Below are positions 13,577-24,702 of a DNA stretch of 64,000 bases, piece after piece. This DNA comes from Octopus sinensis. Lineage: Eukaryota. The stretch spans positions 42,718,001-42,782,000 of the forward strand of contig NC_043006.1 of the NCBI RefSeq assembly GCF_006345805.1, written 5' to 3'. Numbering within the stretch: the first letter of the stretch is position 1; every line of letters starts with the position of its first letter. The translations under genes and the position numbers were made by a program. The notes below the pieces were generated by a model. That model was given only the letters and a program-made list of their open reading frames with translations. It searched no databases and had not been told where the DNA came from.

Positions 13577-14144
13577 AGTCTCCTGCAACGGAACTAAACC
13601 CGGAACCATGAAGTTGGAAAGCATTCTTCTGATTTTCTTCTTTCTGCCTCATTCATCTTTTATTCTTCCTCTCCTTTTTACATTCCCTTTCCTTTCTTCT
13701 TTCTACATTCTTTCTTCTTTCTTAATTATTTCTACTACTCTTCTTTCTTTCATCGTTAGTTCTTCACTATATCAGCAGCTCTATATACATACATACATAC
13801 ATACATACATACACACATACATATATGCATACATATATACAAGCATATATACATATATATATATTTATATATATATATGTATGTATATATATATATATAT
13901 ACATACATGCATATATATATACATATATACATGCATACATATATACAAACATATATACATACATGAATACATATATACATACATGGATACATATATATAC
14001 ATACATGCATACATATATACATACATATGTACATATATATATACATACATGTGCACATACATGTACACATACGTATATATGTATACATATACATATACAT
14101 ATATATATATATATGTGTGTGTGTGTGTATATAAATAAGTGAAA

Positions 14145-14880
14145 GTACATGGCTTAGTGGTTAGGGTATCCAGCTCACAACTGTAAGGTTGTGAGTTTGA
14201 TTCCTGGTGGAGAATTGTGTCCTTGAGCAAGACACTCTGTGTCATGTTGCTCCAGTCCACTCAGCTGGCAAAAGTGAATTGCACCTGTAATTCAAAGGGC
14301 CGGCCTCGTCACATACAGTGTCACGCTGAATCTCCCAAAGAACTACATTGAGGGTACACATTTCTGTGGAGTACTCAGCCACTTGCATACTCTCTCTTTA
14401 CTCTTTTACTCTTTTACTTGTTTCAGTCATTTGACTGCGGCCATGCTGGAGCATCGCCTTTTAGTCGAGCAAATCGACCCCGGGACTTATTCTTTGTAAG
14501 CCCAGTACTTATTTTATCGGTCTCTTTTGCCGAACCGCTAAGTAACGGGGACGTAAACACACCAGCATCGGTTGTCAAGCAATGCTAGGGGGACAAACAC
14601 AGACACACAAACATGTACACACACACATATATATATATACATATATACGACAGGCTTCTTTCAGTTTCCATCTACCAAATCCACTCACAAGGCATTGGTC
14701 GGCCCGGGGCTATAGCAGAAGACACTTGCCCAAGATGCCACGCAGTGGGACTGAACCCGGAACCATGTGGCTGGTTAGCAAGCTACTTACCACACAGCCA
14801 CTCCTAATTTCATGAGCAGGCTGTTCTGTAGACAGAATCAACTGGAACCTCCATCATCATAACCAGCAGAGCACCAGCCA
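14145..14880 (+). mobile_element. SINE family 2 interrupted by a family 1 SINE
   Basis: Family 2 head and body run 14145-14390 and resume at 14805 (taatttcatgagcaggctgttc). Confidence 0.8.
14391..14804 (-). mobile_element. SINE family 1, full length, young
   Basis: Close to consensus, CpGs retained, (CTTTTA)n tail. Confidence 0.92.
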
Positions 14881-14954
14881 GTCAGTTGTTGTGTCTGTAC
14901 TCCTGTTGTTGCTGTCAGCATTGTTATTGTTGATGTTGACGATGATGATGATGA

Positions 14955-15430
14955 TCATCATCATCGTTTAGCATCCGCTTTCCATGCTAGCATGGGTTGG
15001 ACGGTTCAAATGGGGTCTGGGAAGCCAGAAGGCTGCACCAGGCCCATTCTGATCTGGCAATGTTTCTACGGCTGGATGCCCTTCCTAACGCCAACCACTC
15101 CGTGAGTGTAGTGGGTGCTTTTTATGTGCCACCGGCACAGGTGCCAGACGAGGTTCGCAAATGGCCATGATCGGATGGTGCTATTTACATGCCACTGGCA
15201 TGGGGGCCAGGCCAGGCTGGCAACGGCCACGAACGGATGGTGCTTTTTATGTGCCACCGGCACGAGGCCAGTCGAGGCGGCGCTGGCAACGGCCACGTTC
15301 GGATGGTTCCCTTACGTGCCACCGGCATTGGTATCACAGCTGCAATTTCCATTGATGTTGATCGATTTCGATTCTCACTTGCCTCAACAGGTCTTAACAA
15401 GTAGAGTTTTGTGTCCCCAGAAGGAAAGGA
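14955..15430 (-). mobile_element. RTE LINE 3' UTR fragment
   Basis: High similarity to the reverse complement of 26600-27297, with fewer and variant repeat units. Confidence 0.85.
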
Positions 15431-15752
15431 TGATGATGATGATAACTGATGATTGTGCTGAGAACAAAGATGACAGAGTTGATGGTGAGGATAATGATGA
15501 TGATGATGGGATAGGATGGGGGTTGTTGTGGAGGTGGTAGCTGGTGGTGTTGGTGGCTATGAAGACAATGATTAGCGATGTTAGCGGTAGATTTGGTGGT
15601 TAATTTCAAAACTAGAGAATTGAGGCTACGCCAAAATGCTCAGATTTTTTGAAACCAAAATTTTATGATTTGTTCAAGAAAAACTCATTTCCAGTAAATT
15701 TTATGTCGCCCACTTCTGCCTGAAGCTATTCATCAGTTGTCTTTTTTTATGA

Positions 15753-15821
<69 letters not shown>

Positions 15822-15869
15822 TATATGTATATGTATAATATATATATATATATATTATATGTATATATA

Positions 15870-15923
<54 letters not shown>

Positions 15924-16122
15924 GTATACATATATAACATATGTGTGTTAAATATGACCTACAGATGGTCTTGCCATTAATTCAATTAGCTGCAGGGATA
16001 TTCATTACCATTCCTCACTATCATTATCAATATCATGGTTATTGTTATTATAGTGTGTGTGTGTCTGTGTTTATACATACATATAATTATATATATATAT
16101 AGATATATATATACATACATAC

Positions 16123-16211
<89 letters not shown>

Positions 16212-16429
16212 ATATACTAAATTCGTTTATGGTAACATTAAAGATATACAAGTAAAGCTCCTATTTCATTGTGCTGGCTATTGTCCAATGATGCTGATTA
16301 GTGACTTAGTTTTTCGGGGTTGCCTCATAGTTATACCGATATAACATAGGATAAATATAATAACAACAATAATTCAAGAATGGAATTCATAAACATTTCA
16401 TACACCACTACGCACGTTTCCACAAATCA

Positions 16430-16637
16430 CATTAACATCAGATCTATATTTAAGAGATGAGGAATTATGCACATTATTTACATTTAAGAGGTATTTGTCC
16501 TCATCTTATTTGTTGTTAACACAATGTTTCAACTGATATATCCTCCAGCCTTTATCAGGTGTCTTTGGGAAATTTCAAACTTGGGTTCTCATTCCTAAGG
16601 TATTTTTTGATCTTATTATTATTATTGTTATTATTAT
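16430..16637 (-). mobile_element. HHR-bearing element family 3, copy A (degenerate HHR at 16519-16562)
   Basis: Matches 31385-31540 and 29228-29365; core mutated to CTGATAA. Confidence 0.75.
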
Positions 16638-16645
16638 ATGTATAT

Positions 16646-16693
<48 letters not shown>

Positions 16694-17378
16694 GTGTACA
16701 TATATATATATGTGCGTGTGTGTGTGTGTGTATACACCCACCCACCATTGTTTGACACCTGATGCTAGTGTGTTTGCATTCCTGTAACTTAGCAGTTCAG
16801 CAAAAGAGACCGATAGAATTAGCATTAGGCTTACAAAGAATAAGTCCTGGGGTCAATTTCTTCGACTAAAAGAAAAAAACGCTTTAAGGAGGTGCTCCAG
16901 CATGGCTGCAGTCAAATGACTGAAACAAGTAAAAGAATAAAAGACTTAAGAGAAATAAATCTGGGCTTGCAGTTTGACAAAGATGAGGATGGAATGCTGG
17001 ATGCTAAAAAGGAACTGGATGGCAAGTGCCCTGGTGGAGTGTACAGCGTCAGCACAAAACCAACAAAATGTGCGGTGAGGAATGTTGGTTGTATTCTGAT
17101 GTCCCCGACCCTTTCCTTCTGAGGATAGGTAAAGTCATTCAATCATAAGATGGTGGTTTGGGAAACCAAAGCTTGGAAAGTAGCTGTCAACATTTATCAT
17201 CGAAAAAAAAAAAAATTATACACCACTGAAAGGTATTGAGCGATCCTTGAATTTAATGTTTGACTGAAATACCTACATACACAAAAAAAAAAACACACAC
17301 AGAAAGGAAAAACACTCATACATACATGTATATATATATATACACACATATACATACATATATATATACACACACACG

Positions 17379-17414
<36 letters not shown>

Positions 17415-17450
17415 CATACATGTATATATATGTGTGTATGTGTGTGTATG

Positions 17451-17483
<33 letters not shown>

Positions 17484-17722
17484 ATAAGATGGATGGATAG
17501 GTAGATAGATATGTATATATAGACATGTATATATATCTACATATGTAGATATTCTGAGATATATACACACATATATATATACACTTATATATACCTATAT
17601 GTAAGTATATATATATACTTATATATGCTTATATATACACATATATATATACTTACATTTATTTATATACATATATTATATGTATGTATTTGTATGTGTA
17701 CATACATTTTATATATATATAT

Positions 17723-17764
<42 letters not shown>

Positions 17765-17769
<5 letters not shown>

Positions 17770-18369
17770 GTTTGTAAATATATATATATATGTATATATA
17801 TATATATGAGTACAAATGTTTATACATACGTAAACATACAGCTCACACACAAGCATACACATATAAGGTGGCATTATATGTATACTTAATTCAAAAATAT
17901 ATGTTAATATACTGTCAGAGAGGAAAAAAAATACATTAACAAAAATATACATTGCTATGGAAGCACTGAGTGGAAAAAACGAAACAAATGGAAGTTGGAC
18001 ACCTTCATTTTTGGCTTCCTTATTTTTTTATTCATTTGCTCTTTGTCACAATGAATATTTCCATTTGTAATTATATGTGTGTTTTAACGTTCAAGTATGT
18101 TTGTGTCAGAGCATATATATATATATGTGAATAGATGTATATATATGTGTATGTGAGTGTGTACTCTAAGTAAGTGAATATTTTTGTTGTTGTGTGTGTG
18201 TATGTTTTTGTTGTTTGTGTTTCCTGTGTGTGTATATAACAAAAACAAATACTCTTATGTTTATGATGTGTTTGTATCTATATGTGTGTGCATTTGTGTG
18301 ACTGAATGTGTGCGTGTATATAATATATATATACATATATAATTGTGTGCATGTGCATGTGTGTGTGTA

Positions 18370-18403
<34 letters not shown>

Positions 18404-19014
18404 AATATATATATATGTTTGTAAATATATATATATGTATATATATATATATGAGTACAAATGTTTATACATACGTAAACATACAGCTCACACACAAGCA
18501 TACACATATAAGGTGGCATTATATGTATACTTAATTCAAAATATATGTTAATATACTGTCAGAGAGGAAAAAAAATACATTAACAAAAATATACATTGCT
18601 ATGGAAGCACTGAGTGGAAAAAACGAAACAAATGGAAGTTGGACACCTTCATTTTTGGCTTCCTTATTTTTTTATTCATTTGCTCTTTGTCACAATGAAT
18701 ATTTCCATTTGTAATTATATGTGTGTTTTAACGTTCAAGTATGTTTGTGTCAGAGCATATATATATATATGTGAATAGATGTATATATATGAGTATGTGA
18801 GTGTGTACTCTAAGTAAGTGAATATTTTTGTTGTTGTGTGTGTGTATGTTTTTGTTGTTTGTGTTTCCTGTGTGTGTATATAACAAAAACAAATACTCTT
18901 ATGTTTATGATGTGTTTGTATCTATATGTGTGTGCATTTGTGTGACTGAATGTGTGCGTGTATATATATATATATATACATATATAATTGTGTGCATGTG
19001 CATGTGTGTGTGTA

Positions 19015-19048
<34 letters not shown>

Positions 19049-19065
19049 AATATATATATATATAT
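17765..19065. repeat. Tandem duplication, ~645-bp unit
   Basis: gagtacaaatgtttatac at 17808 and 18453; unique parts are near-identical and the microsatellite lengths differ. Confidence 0.9.
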
Positions 19066-20528
19066 ATACTTATATATAAAATGTGTATATAAGTGCATTT
19101 GTGTCTGAATGTGTGTGTATACATAGATACATATGCATATATATATACATATATATATATATATGTATGTATATATATATATACACACACAAAGATTTAC
19201 ATATGTACACGTGTTTTTGTGTGTGTATATATGTTTATATATACAGAGAGAGAGAGAGTAGCTTACGCGTACACTCAAAGTATAAATATTTGTACATTAC
19301 ATTCACACATTTATATATATATGTATATATATATATATATGAATGCATGAATGTTTATATATATGTGTGTGTGTGTGAGAGAGTATGTGTGTTTCTGTGT
19401 GTTTGTAAAAGGGTTAAGTAGACACATTCACTCAAGCAGTAAAATCATATCAACACACACACACACACACAAATACAAGCATACACACGCGGAGCCACTG
19501 ACATCAATTTATGTACACAAATTTCAGGTAAGTATAGAATCACTAATGGATGGTTAGAAAAGCATTGTCAACCACATGAGACTAAATTCATAAAAACTAT
19601 TAGCAACCACTCCATGATGGCAACATGCAAATCTCAAGAATGGTGCCTTACATTTTGTTGTGATCCCAATACAAGGAACAGCAGTTTTATATTTATCTAT
19701 ATGTGTATTTCAATTTTTATTTTTATTATTTAGTTAAAATTGTTTGTATTTTTACAGAAGGCACCTGTAAATCTAGCTACATTCCATCAAAATTTCATTC
19801 CCATTTGCAGCTTAAATTTTGTGGAATTAGAGAATTTTTATTACCAGGTTTTTTTTTTTTTGAGGGGATGTTCTTTTTTTAATTATATATATATACATTT
19901 ATGTATATTTTTTTCTCCTTGAATTGAATGTCTCAGCAAATGTAGTCAATTAAATGAATTGCTGCCATATGTATTTGTACAGATGGACAAGAAAGAGTTA
20001 CATGCTTGACTCAGTAATTCTTAAATATTGGTAAAGATAAGTTCCATTACTTACAGGGTTAAAAGGATTCTATTGATGCCTACATTTCCGTGTAACTGCA
20101 TTTAAGTAATACACAGCAGGAGGTGTTGGGTTTAGCATAACAAAACCAAAAGAAGCATCCCTTCAGCTTTTAGAGAAGCTCTATAAAGTAACTCAACAAA
20201 ATTTATGCCAGAGGGTAAGGAACTCAATTCCTGCACCTCAAATTGGAAACAATCCACTGACAACAATCTCTAAAATCTCACATAAATATATTTAACATCT
20301 TTGTTATCATGATTCTTATGAAATATATTATTTTTATAACAAATGATTTTTAAATAATAAAATATTTACCTAGACACAGGCATGGCTGTGTGGTAAGAAG
20401 CTTGCTGCCCAACCATACAGGGTTTAGACCCACTGCATGGCACCTTTGGCAAGTGCCTTCTACTATATCATTGGTTTGACCAAAACTTTGTGAGTTAATT
20501 TGGTAGACACAAAATGAAAGAAGCCCAT

Positions 20529-20563
<35 letters not shown>

Positions 20564-20665
20564 ATAGAAATGGTAAGGCAACAAAAGAATGAAAGAGACC
20601 TCGATATTATGTAAATAGAGGAATTTATCTGTAAATATAATATGTGACAATTATTCGGTAGCCAT

Positions 20666-20723
20666 GATAAAACTCCGAGTTTCGGATGTCGAGGTGGAAA
20701 CCCACGCTGCCATCTCTTCAGTT
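20666..20723 (-). ncRNA. Hammerhead ribozyme motif with long helix II (family 4)
   Basis: Minus strand reads AA-CTGAAGA-GATGGC...GTGG-GTTT-CCAC...GACATC-C-GAAA-CTCGGAG-TT-TTATC. The inverted partner arm at 20735-20762 is preceded by GATAA (20732-20736), complementary to TTATC. Confidence 0.5.
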
Positions 20724-21109
20724 GATGGCCGGATAATTGAAGAGATGGCGGTGTGGATTTCTATCCTGACACATACCCAAGGTGCCACACAGTGGGACTG
20801 AACCTGGAACCACGTGGTTGGGAAGCAAGCTTCTTACCACACAGCCACTCCTATATATATATATAAAATATATATATATATACATATATAATATATATAT
20901 ATGTATACAGGCACTCCTACCTATATATATATATATATAAACAAAGTCAAAATGCAATAAAATAAAATTAATTATTATCGCCGGTGTTCTAGCACAGGCC
21001 ATATATTATTCATATATAAGTACATTAAAAGGCGAAGTATGTACTAGATACACAGAAGCTTGATAAATTTAGTGAAATGAAAATAAAAACTTTTACTAAC
21101 TCGGTTCAT

Positions 21110-21178
21110 CTTATACTGCAGTTTCGTCTTTTTCAGCAATAAAAATAATTTATTTACTCAGGGAGACTCGTCAGTAAG
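21110..21178 (-). ncRNA. Type-I minimal hammerhead ribozyme, canonical core
   Basis: CTTA-CTGACGA-GTCT-(loop)-AGAC-GAAA-CTGCAG-TA-TAAG. Helix I is CTTA/TAAG, helix II GTCT/AGAC, helix III the palindrome CTGCAG. GUA cleavage is predicted between 21114 and 21113. Confidence 0.88.
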
Positions 21179-21507
21179 GGCCCTGTTATTCTGAAATCGC
21201 ACCTCAATAGAAGCATGTGCATCTACTAATTTGCTCTTTCTAACTAATCAGATCACTGCGCAGATGCAGAACGTACCCGACAAACTAGGGGTTTCTGGTA
21301 TATAGTCTAACGCTCAAAATTTATCGAGAAATATGTAAACAAAGTCAAAATGCGATAAAATAAAATTAATTATTATCGCCGGTGTTCTAGCACAGGCCAT
21401 ATATTATTCATATATAAGTACATTAAAAGGTGAAGTATGTACTAGATACACAGAAGCTTGATAAATTTAGTGAAATGAAAATAAAAACTTTTACTTACTC
21501 GGTTCAT

Positions 21508-21576
21508 CTTATACTGCAGTTTCGTCTTTTTCAGCAATAAAAATAATTTATTTACTCAGGGAGACTCGTCAGTAAG
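21508..21576 (-). ncRNA. Type-I minimal hammerhead ribozyme, identical second copy
   Basis: Identical to 21110-21178; cleavage predicted between 21512 and 21511. Confidence 0.88.
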
Positions 21577-22177
21577 GGCCCTGTTATTCTGAAATCGCAC
21601 CTCAATAGAAGCCTGTGCATCTACTAATTTGCTCTTTCTAACTAATCAGATCACATACATATATATACATATATATATATGTATATATATATATAATATA
21701 TATATATATGTATACAGCCACTCCTATATATATAAATATATACATATATATATATATATCATCAGCATCAGCATCGTTTAATGTTTGTTTTCCATTCCGG
21801 TATGGGTTTGATGGTTTGACATGGAGCTGGCCTTATATAAACACACACACACACACACACGTGTGTGTGTTTGTGTGTCTTTGTGTCTGTGTTGGTCTCA
21901 AGCCACCACTTGACAACTGATGTTGATGTGTTTATGTCCTTGTAACTTAGTGGTTCAGCAAAAGAAACCAATAGAATAAGTACCATGCTTTAAAGAAAAT
22001 AAGTACTAGGGTCAAGGCATTGCTCCAGCATGGTCACAATCCAATAACTGAGACAAGTAAAAGCTAAAAGATAGACATAAGTTTGTCATAATTAAGGTGA
22101 TGTTTGGAACATAAATTAACCTGAAATTCTGGTGGGAAGTTTTAATTTATTTTCCGTACTTTGTTCTTTAATGAGCT

Positions 22178-22542
22178 ATAGGTATAGGAATGTGGTAAGT
22201 AGCTTGCTTATGAACCACATGGTTCCGGGTTCAATCCCACTGCGTGGCACCTTGGGCAAGTGTCTTCTACTATAGCTTCGGGCCGACCAAAGCCTTGTGA
22301 GTGGATTTGGTAGACGAAAACTGAAAGAAGCCTGTCGTATATATGTATGTGTGTGTATATGTTTGTGCTTCTGTGTTTGTCCTCCCAACATTGCTTGACA
22401 ACTGATACTGGTGTGTTTACGTCCCCGTAACTTAGCAGTTCGGCAAAAGAGACCGATAGAATAAGTACTAGGCTTACAAAGAATAGGTCCTGGGGTCGAT
22501 TTGTTCGACTAAAGGCAGTGCTCCAGCATGGCCACAGTCAAA
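22178..22542 (+). mobile_element. SINE family 1
   Basis: tRNA-like head (tgtggtaagtag...gggttcaatccc), gcaccttgggcaagtgtctt core and family body. Confidence 0.9.
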
Positions 22543-23104
22543 TTCGATATTCCCCCTCTCAGTTCAGGGGTCTTGTCTTGTAAATTAAGCATTAAATGAT
22601 GATGAGGATGATAATGATGATGATGATTTCAGCTATGTGAACTGAAGCAACACAAAATGAAGCACTTTACTCAAAAACACAATGCACCTTTACACTTTTT
22701 TACTCTTTTACTTATTTCAGGTCTGGGAAATGAAACTTCAATCTTACAACTGTGAGTGCAACACCCCTAACCACTAGGCCAGATGCCTTCCAATTTAGCT
22801 CACTTAAAAATGGGGAAGTTTGCATCAAAGAATCAGAGGAGGTTTCAGATGGGTTAGTATTAAAAGGGTGAAACCTTTATGTTAAAATGGTAATTTAATA
22901 AGTCACTTACTAATGAATTTGTAAAATTAATGATTCATTATTTTTCTCAACACAGGTACACTCCAATAAATTCTTATGATCTTGAAATTCATATTTAATA
23001 CTAAAAAAAGAAATTCTCAGCCAGCCCTTGTTTCTATGTGGTGATCATAACAGCTAGAACCAGTATCAATATTTTATCCTGTTTGGAGAGTGTCATTCTG
23101 TTTT

Positions 23105-23415
23105 AGGAGCACTCCGTTGTTTGCGACGATGAGGGTCCCAGCTGATACAATCAATGGAACAGCTTGCTCATGAAAGTAACGTGTAAGTGGCTGAGCACTC
23201 CACAGACATGTGTACCCTTAACGTAGTTCTCGGGGAGATTCAGCGTGACACAGTGTGTGACAAGGCTGACTCTTTGAAATACAGGTACTACTCATTTTTG
23301 ACAGCTGAGTGGACTGGAGCAACGTGAAAAAAACAAAGTGTCTTGCTCAAGGACACAACGCGCCACTGGAAATTGAACTCACAACCTTACGATCATGAGC
23401 TGAATGCCCCTAACC
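23105..23415 (-). mobile_element. SINE family 2, full length
   Basis: Reverse complement of the 14145-14880 element without the insertion. Confidence 0.85.
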
Positions 23416-23974
23416 ACTATTAATTAACACACACAGTAGTTTGCTTTCCTCTCATTTACTTATTTTTTTTTTTCTAAAATATTTGCTGTTTCTTGCAACC
23501 TCTTCAATAGTCATACCGGAGAATGTGCTGATTAATAAGTCATTAAAACAGAATGACTCTCCCCAGACACAATAAAGTATGCTTCAACACACAAATTCAC
23601 ATAAAGAATCTTGCAAACCAAATACAAAAACCAACTAGCAAAATATTCATCAAATATTTTTGAGGGAAATATGACTGCTATTTCTAGCAGGTTAGACAAC
23701 CACTTAGGGGCTCCTCCTGTTGTTTCATAATGATAGAACAAGTTGTTTAGGCAGACGCAAATGGGACTTTAGTTGTGGTGCTATTACATCACGTCTGCAG
23801 CTAATAGTATTCTTACTGTACCAAGATGGGGGTGAGAGTGTTGAGGTCTCCAGTAATTTAGAAGTGTATTAAAATGTTATATTTATAATGTGCAGCCTGC
23901 TGTGATAATTAATTAAGTTATTGGTGGTATGTGCATACATAATTATGTTAATAACTTTAGTGTTGTTGGCAATA

Positions 23975-24527
23975 TGGCAGAATCGTTAGCATGCCAGGCA
24001 TATTGCTTAGCAGCATTTTGTCTGTCACCATGTTCTGAGTTCAAATTCTGCCAAGGTTGACTTTGTCTTTCATCCTTATGGGGGCGGGGGCGATGAAATA
24101 AGCACCAGTTGAGCACTGGGGTCAATGTAATCAACTTACCCCCTACCCCAACATTCTTTTCTACTCTAGGCACAAGGTCCAAAATTTTGGGGAAGGGGCC
24201 AGTCGATTAGATTGACTCCAGTATGCAACTGGTACTTAATTTATCAGCCCCAAAAGGCAGAATTTTAGCTCAAAACGTAAAGACAGAGGAATTCCTATTT
24301 CTCTGCTATTCACAAGGGGCTAAATACAGAGAAAACAAACAAGGACAGACAAACGGATTAAGTCAATTATATCGACCCCAGTGCGTAACTGGTACTTAAT
24401 TTATCGACCCCAAAAGGATGAAAGGCAAAGTCGGCCTTGGAGGAATTTGAACTCAGTATGTAACGGCAGATGAAATACGGCTACGCATTTCGCCTGGCAT
24501 GCTAACGATTCTGCCAGCTCGCCGCTT
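23975..24527. mobile_element. Two SINE family 3 copies in opposite orientation (23975-24230 +, 24290-24527 -)
   Basis: ggcagaatcgttagc...ctgagttcaaatt...tttcatcc...gtaccag motif on both strands. Confidence 0.8.
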
Positions 24528-24702
24528 TTCCCCAGCACCAACATTACTGGCCTTGTACTAAAATTTGAAATTAATAGACAGCCAAAAGGGAAGCTAGGAG
24601 ACAGGTTTATATAGCCAGAGGGGAAGCGGATAAGAAAAAATTGCCAATGTTCTGACCCGTGAGGATGAAAGACTTGAGGTATTTCGTGTTGCAAGACAGT
24701 GT

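Larger units (their letters stand above)
20939..21654 (-). mobile_element. Retrozyme/Penelope pLTR-like tandem array, 398-bp unit x1.8, flanked by (TA)n
   Basis: aaacaaagtcaaaatgc at 20939 and 21337. Four substitutions over ~318 shared bp, CpG-rich, one perfect HHR per unit. Confidence 0.85.

Noticed and set aside
16305-16335. CTATGAGGCAACCCCGAAAA hammerhead-like string (minus strand)
   Set aside because: Core lacks G5 and helices I and III are not evident.
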